Shown here piece by piece: positions 28,739-38,607 of a DNA stretch of 64,000 nt. Made by a program: the position numbers and the translations under genes. The stretch comes from Clostridia bacterium (GTDB taxonomy: Bacteria; Bacillota; Clostridia; TANB77; CAG-508), in assembly GCA_017625465.1 (NCBI GenBank), contig JAGAKS010000019.1, positions 651-64,650 of the forward strand, given 5' to 3'. The notes under the pieces are model-generated. The model saw only the letters and a program-made list of their open reading frames with translations. It searched no databases and was not told the origin of the DNA. Position 1 is the stretch's first letter. Each line of letters opens with the position of its first letter.

Positions 28739-30847
28739 TTATTCTGCACTATATAAATCTTTTCTTGTTAAATTTATTCTTCCTTGGTTATCTATTTCAT
28801 ATACTTTAACAGTAACTTCATCTCCAACTTTTAAAACATCTTCAACTTTGTTTACTCTTTCATTAGAAATTTTTGATATATGAAGTAATCCTTCTTTTCC
28901 TCCGCCTAAATCGATAAATGCACCAAAGTTCATTATTCTAGCAACTTTACCAGTATAAATTCCATTTAATTCGATTTCTCTAGTAATTTCTTCTATAATA
29001 GTTTGAGCTTTGTTTGCTTTTTCTGCATCATCTGAATAAATAAATACAGTTCCATCTTCTTGTATATCGATTTTAACGCCTGTTTCATCAATAATTTTGT
29101 TAATAGTTTTTCCACCAGTTCCAATAACATCTTTAATTTTATCTGGATTAATTTTCATATTAACAATTTTTGGAGCATATTTAGACAATTCTTTTCTTGG
29201 TTCTGCAATTTGTGGAGCCATTATTTCATCTAAAATATATGCTCTTGCTTTTGCTGTTCTTTCAAAAGCTTCTGCGATTATTTCATAAGATAATCCATCA
29301 ACTTTGATATCAACTTGTATAGCTGTAATACCATCTTTTGTACCACCAACTTTAAAGTCCATATCGCCAAAGAAATCTTCAATTCCTTGAATATCTGTAA
29401 TTACTACATATTTACTTGGATCATTTTCGTCAGTAATTAAACCTGTTGAAATACCTGCTACTGGTTTTTTAATTGGAACACCAGCATCCATAAGAGCTAA
29501 TGTAGAAGCACAAATACTTCCTTGAGATGTAGAACCATTTGAACTTAAAATTTCTGATACAACTCTTATAGCATAAGGGAACTCCTCAACACTTGGTAAT
29601 ACTGGAACTAAAGCTTTTTCAGCTAATGCTCCATGTCCAATTTCTCTTCTACCAGGTCCACGAGAAGTTTTAGCTTCACCAACACTGTATCCTGGGAAAT
29701 TATATTGATGCATATATCTCTTTGTTTCTTCAGTATCTAAACCATCTAAAATTTGTTCTTCGCTAACCATTCCTAATGTAGCTATTGATAATACTTGTGT
29801 TCTTCCTCTTGTAAACATACCGCTACCATGAACTCTAGGAATAAGTCCAACTTCACATGATAAAGGTCTAATATCATAAATTCCTCTACCATCAACACGT
29901 TTACCTTCTTCTAAGATAAGTTTTCTAACTGTTTTCTTTTCTAATTTATATAAAGCATCTCCTATTGCCGCTTTATCTTCTTCAGCTTTTTCTTCACCAA
30001 ATTTTTCAGCATACCATGTTTTAACATCTTCTGTTAATTTAGCTAAAACATTATCTCTGTCTATTTTATCTGGTGTTTGAACATCATTTTTCATTCTGTC
30101 TGCAAATTCATTTGCAATTGTTTCATAAATAGTTTCATCTACTGCTGCTGATTTATATTCGAATTTTGGTTTACCAATTTCTTCTTTAATCTTTGAAATA
30201 AATTCGCAAATTTTCTTAATTTCAACATGTCCAGCTTTAATTGCTTCTAACATTGTGTTATCAGGAATTTCATCGGCTCCTGCTTCAATCATAGCAATTT
30301 TTTCCATTGTTCCTGCTACTGTTAATGTTAATCTACTATTTTTTCTTTGCTCTTCTGTTGGGTTAATAACTATTTGGTCATTTACATAGCCTACTGCAAC
30401 AGCAGCTGTTGGTCCTCCAAATGGTATATCAGAAATTGAAAGTGCTGCAGAAGCACCAATCATTGCACATACTTCTGGTGAACAATCTTGTTCAACTGAT
30501 AAAACTAAACAATCGACAACTACATCATTTCTTAAATCTTTTGGAAATAATGGTCTAATTGGTCTATCAATTGCTCTAGAAGTTAAAATAGCTTTTTCGC
30601 TAGGTTTTCCTTCTCTTTTTGTGAATCCTCCTGGAATTTTTCCTACTGCATATAATTTTTCGTTGTATTCAACTGAAAGTGGGAAAAAGTCGATTCCATC
30701 TTTTGGTTCTTTTGATGCTGTAACATTAACTAATACTGTTGTTTCTCCATATTTTACTAAAACACTACCATTGGCAAGTCCTGCCATTTTTCCTGTCTCT
30801 AAAGTAAGTGTTCTTCCTGCTAATTCCATACTGTAACTTTTAAACAT
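28739..30847 (-). CDS. pnp: Polyribonucleotide nucleotidyltransferase (PNPase).
   Basis: 702 aa, with two RNase PH domains, KH and S1 (GKVARIMNFGAFIDLGGGKEGLLHISKIS). It follows rpsO with a 216-nt leader. Confidence 0.9.
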   Translation of the reverse strand: MFKSYSMELAGRTLTLETGKMAGLANGSVLVKYGETTVLVNVTASKEPKDGIDFFPLSVEYNEKLYAVGKIPGGFTKREGKPSEKAILTSRAIDRPIRPLFPKDLRNDVVVDCLVLSVEQDCSPEVCAMIGASAALSISDIPFGGPTAAVAVGYVNDQIVINPTEEQRKNSRLTLTVAGTMEKIAMIEAGADEIPDNTMLEAIKAGHVEIKKICEFISKIKEEIGKPKFEYKSAAVDETIYETIANEFADRMKNDVQTPDKIDRDNVLAKLTEDVKTWYAEKFGEEKAEEDKAAIGDALYKLEKKTVRKLILEEGKRVDGRGIYDIRPLSCEVGLIPRVHGSGMFTRGRTQVLSIATLGMVSEEQILDGLDTEETKRYMHQYNFPGYSVGEAKTSRGPGRREIGHGALAEKALVPVLPSVEEFPYAIRVVSEILSSNGSTSQGSICASTLALMDAGVPIKKPVAGISTGLITDENDPSKYVVITDIQGIEDFFGDMDFKVGGTKDGITAIQVDIKVDGLSYEIIAEAFERTAKARAYILDEIMAPQIAEPRKELSKYAPKIVNMKINPDKIKDVIGTGGKTINKIIDETGVKIDIQEDGTVFIYSDDAEKANKAQTIIEEITREIELNGIYTGKVARIMNFGAFIDLGGGKEGLLHISKISNERVNKVEDVLKVGDEVTVKVYEIDNQGRINLTRKDLYSAE

Positions 30848-31014
30848 TTTCTTTCCTCCTAATTTTTCTAGTATTCATTTGAAAATGTAACCTCTATAAT
30901 ATATTGCGAAGTTTTAACTAACTTTATTCTTAATCAATACATTATGCAAGCTACCGTTTTCAAACAAATAACCATAATTATTTTACTATAAAAGATATAA
31001 AATTGCAATAATTA

Positions 31015-31054
31015 TAATAAAAAAGAAACCTACTTTTTACGTGTGTAGGTTTCT
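31015..31054 (-). terminator. rpsO rho-independent terminator / pnp leader hairpin.
   Basis: A 10-bp stem agaaacctac/gtaggtttct with an 11-nt loop, followed by TTTTTT on the transcript. It lies directly after the rpsO stop. Confidence 0.6.
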
Positions 31055-31063
31055 AAAATATAA

Positions 31064-31327
31064 TTATTTTCTTAAAGATAATTTTTGTGCGATATCTCTA
31101 TATCTGTTTAGGTCTGTTTTAGCTAAATAGTTTAATAAATTTCTTCTTTTACCAACCATTTTTAAAAGACCTCTTCTTGAATGATTATCTTTTGGATGAA
31201 CTTTTAAGTGTTCTGTAAGTTCTGTAATTCTTTCTGTTAATAAAGCGATTTGAACTTCTGAAGAACCTGTATCTTTTTCATCTCTTCTGTAAGTATTGAT
31301 AATCTCTTGTTTTCTTTCCTTTGTCAT
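31064..31327 (-). CDS. rpsO: 30S ribosomal protein S15.
   Basis: 87 aa. [34 protein letters not shown]...[16 protein letters not shown]. Confidence 0.9.
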   Translation of the reverse strand: MTKERKQEIINTYRRDEKDTGSSEVQIALLTERITELTEHLKVHPKDNHSRRGLLKMVGKRRNLLNYLAKTDLNRYRDIAQKLSLRK

Positions 31328-31451
31328 TTTTAATTCCTCCTATTATATATATTTGCCATAAACTGAGTTTAAAGTAGGTATTTTCCTTAACTAAGTCTAT
31401 GGTATCAAAGCTTATTTATTATAATACACTTTTTTATAAAAATCAAGTGTT

Positions 31452-32453
31452 TTATAGATTTTTCTCAAAATTCCAGCTATCTTTGCACATATCTTCTATT
31501 CCTTTTTTAGCAAACCAACCCAATTCTTCGTTTGCTTTTTTAGGATTTGCATAATATATTGCTAAATCTCCTGGTCTTCTTGACACTATTTCATAAGGAA
31601 TTTTAATATCATTTACTTTTTCAAAAGTTGTAATAATATCTAAAACACTATATGCTGAGCCTGTACCTAAATTATAAATATAAAGGCCAGAATTTTCTTT
31701 ATCTAGTTTTTCTAAAGCTTTAACATGTCCTTCTGCTAAATCTACTACATGAAGATAATCTCTCATTCCTGTTCCATCTTTTGTGTCATAATCATTTCCA
31801 AAAACATTTACTTTTTCTAATTTTCCTGATGCAACCTTCATAATGTATGGCATTAAGTTATTTGGTATTCCATTTGGATTTTCTCCAAGAAGTCCACTTT
31901 CATGAGCACCAATAGGATTAAAATATCTTAATATACAAATATTCCAAGTATTATCTGATGCATATAAATCTTCTAATATCTTTTCAATCATTGCTTTTGT
32001 TGTTCCATAAGGATTAGAAGTCTCTCCTCTTCCCATTTCTTCAACATATTCAGGCACACCTGGATCTCCATATATTGTTGCTGATGAACTAAATATGAAA
32101 TTTTTACAATTATATTTTTTCATTACTTCTAACAAAGTAATTGCTCCAAAAAGATTGTTATCATAATATTTTAAAGGTTCTCTAACTGATTCCCCAACAG
32201 CTTTATAACCTGCAAAGTTTATAACTGAATCTATTTTATTTTCCTCAAAAACTTTTTCTAAATTTTCTGCTATTCTACAATCTATATCATAAAACTTAGG
32301 TTTAACCCCTGTTAATTTTTCTATAGCATCTAAAACTTCCAATTTGCTATTAGATAAATTATCTACAATAACTACTTCTCTACCTTTTTTTAATAATTCT
32401 ACAACAGTATGACTTCCAATATAGCCTGTACCACCTGTTACTAAAACTGACAT
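31452..32453 (-). CDS. galE: UDP-glucose 4-epimerase.
   Basis: VLVTGGTGYIGSH Rossmann motif and a YxxxK SDR catalytic dyad. 333 aa. Confidence 0.85.
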   Translation of the reverse strand: MSVLVTGGTGYIGSHTVVELLKKGREVVIVDNLSNSKLEVLDAIEKLTGVKPKFYDIDCRIAENLEKVFEENKIDSVINFAGYKAVGESVREPLKYYDNNLFGAITLLEVMKKYNCKNFIFSSSATIYGDPGVPEYVEEMGRGETSNPYGTTKAMIEKILEDLYASDNTWNICILRYFNPIGAHESGLLGENPNGIPNNLMPYIMKVASGKLEKVNVFGNDYDTKDGTGMRDYLHVVDLAEGHVKALEKLDKENSGLYIYNLGTGSAYSVLDIITTFEKVNDIKIPYEIVSRRPGDLAIYYANPKKANEELGWFAKKGIEDMCKDSWNFEKNL

Positions 32454-32492
32454 GTTCTTGTCCTCCTTTTTGTATCAAACCTATTATAACAC

Positions 32493-33029
32493 TTAATTTT
32501 TAGTATGTCTATCATATATTTCTTTTAAATGCTTCTTGTTTATTACTGATTTTAAATTGCCTTTTTCAGCAATTTCGCCATATACTTCTTCTAAAACTGC
32601 CACTATTTTAGGATTAATGTATTCTCTATCTCTTCTATTTTTAAAGTATCTTAATTGATAATCTGGTGTCCAATTTTTTCCTTGATATACAATGCCAGCA
32701 GAAAGTGTATCACATATCATTTCTACTGTATAAACAAAAGGTATTACAGGATATGGGTCTGGTGCCATTGGATCTATCCAATATTCAAAGTGATGCTTAT
32801 TTCTTCCTTTATGGTGAAGCCAAGCCTTAGAATATCCTTCTGTTTCTTTACATATAGCTAGTGGACTTCTATGTCCATTAAAATATTTTACACTCTCACA
32901 AAATTCTGTTGGAGTAAATTTTGATAAATCATGAACAAGACCTCTCCAAGGAATTCCTGCCATACAACATAATCTAAACACATGCCATTTATGTTTTAAA
33001 ACTAAAATTAAATGTTTAAAAAAATTCAT
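32493..33029 (-). CDS. Conserved hypothetical His-rich protein (possible metal-dependent enzyme).
   Basis: 178 aa with HDLSKF...WLHHKGRNKHHFEYW. Its stop is adjacent to nth. Confidence 0.4.
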   Translation of the reverse strand: MNFFKHLILVLKHKWHVFRLCCMAGIPWRGLVHDLSKFTPTEFCESVKYFNGHRSPLAICKETEGYSKAWLHHKGRNKHHFEYWIDPMAPDPYPVIPFVYTVEMICDTLSAGIVYQGKNWTPDYQLRYFKNRRDREYINPKIVAVLEEVYGEIAEKGNLKSVINKKHLKEIYDRHTKN

Positions 33030-33030
33030 T

Positions 33031-33678
33031 TTATCTTTTTTCGCCTTCCTTTTTATAACTATTGCAATATATCTTTATAGGACATTTTTCGCATTGCGGT
33101 TTTCTTGCTATACACGTATATCTTCCGTGCCATACAAATAAGTGATTAGCATCATAATAACATTCTTTTGGTAAGACTTTTAGTAAATCTTGTTCTATTT
33201 TTTCAGGATCACTTTCTTTTGAAAAACCTATTTTATTAGATATTCTTCGAGCATGTGTATCAACAGCAATACCTTGTGGATTATTAAAAGCTTCAAGCAT
33301 AATAACATTTGCACTTTTTCTTCCTATACCTGGCAACTTTTGCAAGTTTTCCATATCTTCTGGTACAACACCATTAAATTCATTTACCAGCATCTTACTA
33401 CACGCAAGTATGTTTTTAGCTTTTGTTTTATAAAATCCACATGGTTTAACTATACTTTCAATTTCTTCTAAACTAAGTTTAGACATTTTCTCAGGCGTGT
33501 TTGCTTTCTTAAAAAGTGTTGGAGTTGTTTTATTAACTCTTTCATCAGTGCATTGTGCAGAAAGCATAACAGCAATTGCCATTTCAAATGGACTTGTAAA
33601 ATCTAAACTACAAGTAGCTTCTGGATAATATTCTTTTAAAATTTTGATAATTTCTATTGCTTCTTTTTTTGTTTTCAT
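33031..33678 (-). CDS. nth: Endonuclease III (DNA glycosylase/AP lyase, HhH-GPD with a 4Fe-4S cluster).
   Basis: LPGIGRKSANVI (HhH-GPD) and a C-terminal CIARKPQCEKCPIKIYC cluster loop. Confidence 0.85.
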   Translation of the reverse strand: MKTKKEAIEIIKILKEYYPEATCSLDFTSPFEMAIAVMLSAQCTDERVNKTTPTLFKKANTPEKMSKLSLEEIESIVKPCGFYKTKAKNILACSKMLVNEFNGVVPEDMENLQKLPGIGRKSANVIMLEAFNNPQGIAVDTHARRISNKIGFSKESDPEKIEQDLLKVLPKECYYDANHLFVWHGRYTCIARKPQCEKCPIKIYCNSYKKEGEKR

Positions 33679-33694
33679 TTTTCACCTTATAAAA

Positions 33695-33726
33695 TCAAAA
33701 GAAATCCTAGAATTAGGATTTCTTTA
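33695..33726 (-). terminator. Rho-independent terminator after the 33736-35076 gene.
   Basis: A 12-bp stem aaagaaatccta/taggatttcttt with loop gaat, followed by TGATTTT on the transcript. Confidence 0.45.
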
Positions 33727-33735
33727 TTTTCTAAA

Positions 33736-35076
33736 TTAAGCTTCAACTGTTGGTTCTACTTCTTTTTTCTCTTTTTTAGCTTTAAGTCCTGAAAATACTA
33801 ATCCCATACCTGCTAATGTTACCACTATTGATACAAACGCACCTAAAACTGGTATTTTAGATAATATTGCAATCATTAATGAAACTAATAATGTAATTCC
33901 ATAGAATTTTAGTTTACTAAATTCAGTTTTTCTAGTCACTGCAGCAGTAATTGAAACTGCAACTAATGGTGAACTTATTGAGAATACAACAAAATATAAT
34001 ACTAATACTAATAATGCGAATCCTACTCCAACACCTGTGCACATTAATAAAATTGAAATAATAGGAACTACTATTGCTAATAATAAACCAATACCAGTAT
34101 TTTTAGCAATATGCGCTACAACATTTTCTACTTTTTGTTTTTCTACAAATCCTTTTGCAAATAAAACTATAAATCCACATACTAAAGCAGAATATACCAT
34201 AGTAGAAATAATAGAATATATAATTGAAGAAATATCTGTTTTTGGAGCTTCTTCATCATTTTCTGTTATTTGTTTAAAGTTTACTTTTCCTATTGTAGCA
34301 TTTGGAGCTATAGAAGCTTCTTGTTCAGCAGAATAATTTAAACTTCCTGTAACTCTAGCATTTTCCCCTATAACTAAGTTTGATGTAGCAATATTCATGT
34401 GTCTTCCAATTGTTGAATCTGATAAATTTATGCTTGATGCACCAGCATTTATAGTTCTTCTTATATAACTATTAGAATTTATAACAAGACTTTCAGATGC
34501 TGAAAATACATCTTGTACAGTTGTTCCAATTAAAGTAATTGTACCACTTGCTAAATAAGCATTTCCAGTAATATTATTTTCTTCTAAAGTAATATCTTTT
34601 CCAGCAGCATAAATGTTTCCTGATATATAAACATTTTTTAAAGTTAATTTTTCAGCAGCAATGAATAAATCACCACTAATATCAACATTAGTTATTATAA
34701 TTTCTTTACCAGCATAGAAGGCATTACCATCAACACCTTTATTTTTTATTTCTAAAACATCTTCAGATTGAAAATCATCTGACATAACATTTGTAGCAGT
34801 ATCTTCAATTGCTACATCTTCAGAAGCATCTCTTCTCCATTCTTCTGGAATAACATAATCTTCTGAGTTAGTTTCTGTATCTTTTACTAATTTTGTGTCT
34901 TGTAATGTGTTTGCATCTGTAGTTGGTGTTAATTCTGAATTTTCTTCACCCACTAATGGCATAGCTTGTAAAGTACTAGCATCTGTTGTAGGTGCTAAAT
35001 TTGATTCTGTTGCATATACGATTGAACTTATCAATGCAACTATAAGAACCACACTTATTAAAATTTTCTTTTTCAT
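33736..35076 (-). CDS. Hypothetical membrane protein: signal peptide, short Thr/Asp-rich repeats, a repetitive beta-strand-rich (beta-helix-like) middle domain, and a C-terminal cluster of 4-5 TM helices.
   Basis: MKKKILISVVLIVALISSIVYA. A repeated PTTDA(S/N)TLQ element. G/N/S-rich repeats (ITGNAYLASGTITLIGTT...). C-terminal hydrophobic helices. Confidence 0.45.
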   Translation of the reverse strand: MKKKILISVVLIVALISSIVYATESNLAPTTDASTLQAMPLVGEENSELTPTTDANTLQDTKLVKDTETNSEDYVIPEEWRRDASEDVAIEDTATNVMSDDFQSEDVLEIKNKGVDGNAFYAGKEIIITNVDISGDLFIAAEKLTLKNVYISGNIYAAGKDITLEENNITGNAYLASGTITLIGTTVQDVFSASESLVINSNSYIRRTINAGASSINLSDSTIGRHMNIATSNLVIGENARVTGSLNYSAEQEASIAPNATIGKVNFKQITENDEEAPKTDISSIIYSIISTMVYSALVCGFIVLFAKGFVEKQKVENVVAHIAKNTGIGLLLAIVVPIISILLMCTGVGVGFALLVLVLYFVVFSISSPLVAVSITAAVTRKTEFSKLKFYGITLLVSLMIAILSKIPVLGAFVSIVVTLAGMGLVFSGLKAKKEKKEVEPTVEA

Positions 35077-35092
35077 AAGTTTTCCCCCTATT

Positions 35093-35752
35093 TTATTCTT
35101 TTAAATTAGATATTGCCTCTTTAAAGTTTTCAGAGCTTAGAATATAGCTTCCTGCAACTAAAATATCAGCGCCAGCTTCTTTGGCAGCTTCTGATGTTTC
35201 TGCATTTATTCCTCCATCTACTTCTATATCAATATCATAATTTTCTTCTTCAAGGTATTTTCTTAGTTCTTTTACCTTTTCTAAAGTTTCAGGAATAAGT
35301 TTTTGACCACCTTTTCCTGGCACTACAGTCATAACAAGTATCATATGTAAATATGGAATATATTCTTTAACCTCATCAATACTTGTATCTGGACTTATTG
35401 CAAGTGCTGCTTTTATACCATTTTCTTTAATAGTATTTATATTTTCTATAGTTCTTTCTTTAGTTTTAGAAGCTTCAATATGAAATGATATATATTCTGG
35501 ATTTAAGTCAATATAGTCATCTATATATTCTTCTATGTTTTCTACCATAAAATGTACATCTAGGCCTAAATTTGTTATGTGAGATAAAGTGGTGGCATAA
35601 TCTTTCATAAGTTCACTTGTATCTCTTTCAACAAATTTTCCATCCATAACATCTATATGAAACATATCAGTATGTGCTACTTCTAAATCATAAAACGTTT
35701 TTACTGCATCTTCTTTATCTAATGTTAAAATTGAAGTTGAAACTCTTTTCAT
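35093..35752 (-). CDS. rpe: Ribulose-phosphate 3-epimerase.
   Basis: SILTLD...HIDVMDGKFV...VDGGIN motifs of the TIM-barrel Rpe. Confidence 0.85.
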   Translation of the reverse strand: MKRVSTSILTLDKEDAVKTFYDLEVAHTDMFHIDVMDGKFVERDTSELMKDYATTLSHITNLGLDVHFMVENIEEYIDDYIDLNPEYISFHIEASKTKERTIENINTIKENGIKAALAISPDTSIDEVKEYIPYLHMILVMTVVPGKGGQKLIPETLEKVKELRKYLEEENYDIDIEVDGGINAETSEAAKEAGADILVAGSYILSSENFKEAISNLKE

Positions 35753-35778
35753 AAAAAACCTCTCTTTGTTTTACAAAA

Positions 35779-37836
35779 TTATGGAGCTGTAACTGTAGCA
35801 TCTCCTTTACTAAAATCAACAGTTTCTGTTTTCTTAGTAACGCCATCCACTAAAATTTTAACTTCCTTAACTCCTGTTGTTGAGAAGGTTTGAGTAATAT
35901 TTGTTTCTGATGGTAATTGCTCTTGGTCATAAATTGTATCTTCACCAACTTTTAAAGTAAGTTTTACTTTATTAGGTGTTACTGCAACTTCTGATTCTTT
36001 TACAACTGTATTTCCATTAGCATCTACTGTATTTGTATATTCTTTCTTTGTTGTTGGAGTATATCCTGTTAAAGCTTGTAAATTTACTTTTATAGTGACT
36101 GTTGATTTTCTAGGTTGTCTGTTAACTGTTATAGTAACTGTTGAAGCTTCTTTTACTATTTTTCCAGAAGTTACACTTTGGTCTGTAACTACTCCATCAG
36201 ATTTACTTGCGTTTTCTTCATAAACTACTTCTGGCACAACTTTTTGGCTGTTTAGCCAAGCTACAGCATCTGCTTCTGACATACCAACTAAGTTTTTCAT
36301 TGTAACATCTGCATAAGCACTTCCAGAGCTTACTTTAATTTTTACTATTGTTGCAGCAGTAATTTCTTCACCTTCTTCTGGCTCTACAGAAAGAATAATT
36401 CCAGCTTCTACCTCTTCACTAGCTTCTTCTGTTTTTTCATAAGTTACTTCAAGTTCATCTAATTCTTCAGCAACTTTCTCGAATTTTTCACCTACCATTT
36501 TCTTTGGTAAAGTTACTAATTTTTGACCTTTACTGATTACAATAACAACTTTTTCAGTAACATTTATATTAAAGTTTTCTTTATATTCAGGTGATTGTGA
36601 AATTACATACCCCTCTGGCACTTCATCACTATACTCTTCTTTTATTTCATAATTTTTAAACCCAGCTTCTTCAAGTAAAGCAATAGCATCTTCTTTACTT
36701 AATCTATCAGCATTGTTATAGCCAGCTAAATTAGGCATAACGTTTTGAGCTGCTCTTGTTCCATTAAATAAAGCAAGTGTTCCAAAAGTAACTATTAAGA
36801 ATATTGCTATACAACCTATAATAGCCAAAATTACTTTTACTGCTGGATGATCTTCTAAGAATTGCTTAAATCCGCCTGTTTCTTCCTCACCTTCTCCTAA
36901 TTTTGGAGCATTTCTTTCATTATTTTTTTCCATTTCAATTTCATAAATTGTAGGTACTTTTTGTGTTGGCGAATTCGCATTTTTTCTTGCTAAAACGACA
37001 AAATCTTCATTTGGTTTTTTTAGTGCCATACTTAAATCTTGCAACATTTCTGTAGCATTTTGATAACGAATATTAGGGTCTTTTTGCATAGCTTTTAAAA
37101 TAATTCTATTTACACCAATTGGTATATTTGGATTAATTTTTATAGGTTCAACAGGTTCTTCTTGAACTTGTTTTAAAGCAACAGATACAGGTGTATCTGC
37201 ATCAAAAGGAACTTTTCCTGTAAGCATTTCATACATTACAATTCCTAATGAATATATATCTGATTTTGCGTCAGTATAACCACCTCTTGCATGTTCAGGT
37301 GAAAAATAATGTACTGATCCAATTGTTGTTCCAAAGGCTGTAATTGTAGAATTTGAAACAGCTTTTGCAATACCAAAATCTGTAACTTTTGCCATACCAT
37401 CCTCTGTAATAATGATATTATGTGGTTTAATATCTCTATGTATAATATTATTTTTATGTGCTGTCTCTAATGCAGATGCAATTTGAATTGCAATGTTTAC
37501 AGACCATTTCCAAGAAAGAACACCATCTTCTGTGATAATATCTTTTAATGTCTTTCCTTGGATAAGCTCCATAACAATATAATATAAGTTATCTTCATTT
37601 CCTACATCATATATAGAAACAATATTAGGATGTGTAAGACTTGCAGCAGATTGAGCTTCTGTATTGAATTTTTTAATAAATTCGCTATCTGTTGTAAATT
37701 CATCTCTTAGTATTTTAATTGCAACATATCTATTTAGTACATGACATTTTGCTTTATAAACTGTTGCCATTCCACCATTTCCAATTTTTTCTAAAATTTC
37801 GTACCTATTATTTAACATTTTTCCTATAAGATTCAT
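35779..37836 (-). CDS. prkC: Ser/Thr protein kinase with extracellular PASTA repeats (PrkC/StkP-like).
   Basis: Kinase subdomains (GNGGMATVYKA, HRDIKPHNII, DFGIA), one TM, and three PASTA-like repeats plus a C-terminal beta domain. Confidence 0.85.
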   Translation of the reverse strand: MNLIGKMLNNRYEILEKIGNGGMATVYKAKCHVLNRYVAIKILRDEFTTDSEFIKKFNTEAQSAASLTHPNIVSIYDVGNEDNLYYIVMELIQGKTLKDIITEDGVLSWKWSVNIAIQIASALETAHKNNIIHRDIKPHNIIITEDGMAKVTDFGIAKAVSNSTITAFGTTIGSVHYFSPEHARGGYTDAKSDIYSLGIVMYEMLTGKVPFDADTPVSVALKQVQEEPVEPIKINPNIPIGVNRIILKAMQKDPNIRYQNATEMLQDLSMALKKPNEDFVVLARKNANSPTQKVPTIYEIEMEKNNERNAPKLGEGEEETGGFKQFLEDHPAVKVILAIIGCIAIFLIVTFGTLALFNGTRAAQNVMPNLAGYNNADRLSKEDAIALLEEAGFKNYEIKEEYSDEVPEGYVISQSPEYKENFNINVTEKVVIVISKGQKLVTLPKKMVGEKFEKVAEELDELEVTYEKTEEASEEVEAGIILSVEPEEGEEITAATIVKIKVSSGSAYADVTMKNLVGMSEADAVAWLNSQKVVPEVVYEENASKSDGVVTDQSVTSGKIVKEASTVTITVNRQPRKSTVTIKVNLQALTGYTPTTKKEYTNTVDANGNTVVKESEVAVTPNKVKLTLKVGEDTIYDQEQLPSETNITQTFSTTGVKEVKILVDGVTKKTETVDFSKGDATVTAP

Positions 37837-37859
37837 AATTAATCTCTCCTTAAATTATT

Positions 37860-38591
37860 TTAAGCATTATCAACTATTATAGCTGTTATATTATCTGTAC
37901 CACCGGCATCATTTGCACTCTTTATAAGCATATCTACTGGCTTTTCAGGATTATCTAAAATTATTTTATATATGTCTTCATCTTTTACCATATTAGTTAA
38001 ACCATCTGAACACATAAGTAAAATATCATCTTTTATAAATCCTTTATACATAACATCTGGCTCTACCAGAGAATTACAGCCTACTGCTTTTAAAAGCATA
38101 TTTTTTCTAGGATGATTGTACGCTTCCTCTTTCGTAATTTTTCCCTCTTTTACTAATTTTGCAACATAACTATGATCACTTGTTAGCTTTCTAATAATGT
38201 TTTTTCTTATTCTATAAACTCTACTGTCTCCAACATGACCTATAAAAACCTTGTTATTCCAAATCAAGCATATATCTAATGTAGTTCCCATATCTGAAAT
38301 TTCTGGGCTTTCCTTAGATTTTTCATATACCACAAAATTTGCATATTCTATTGAATCACTAATTAGTTTTAAGATGTTTTCTTTTTCTTTAACAATATTA
38401 GGGAAATTGTTGCATATATAATTTTTAGAACTCATTACTGCTAAATTACTTGCAATTTCTCCGCCTTTATAACCACCCATTCCATCTGCTAATATGAAAA
38501 GTTTAATTCCATCGTTTTTATCCGAAACAAAAAAACTATCTTGGTTCATCTCTCTGGCTTTTCCTATATCAGATTTTCCAAGTATCCTCAA
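37860..38591 (-). CDS. PP2C-family Ser/Thr phosphatase (PrpC/Stp partner of PrkC).
   Basis: GKAREMNQDSF...LADGMGG...DGLTN PP2C motifs. It lies immediately upstream of prkC. Confidence 0.8.
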   Translation of the reverse strand: MRILGKSDIGKAREMNQDSFFVSDKNDGIKLFILADGMGGYKGGEIASNLAVMSSKNYICNNFPNIVKEKENILKLISDSIEYANFVVYEKSKESPEISDMGTTLDICLIWNNKVFIGHVGDSRVYRIRKNIIRKLTSDHSYVAKLVKEGKITKEEAYNHPRKNMLLKAVGCNSLVEPDVMYKGFIKDDILLMCSDGLTNMVKDEDIYKIILDNPEKPVDMLIKSANDAGGTDNITAIIVDNA

Positions 38592-38607
38592 GTTTTAATC
38601 ACCTCTT

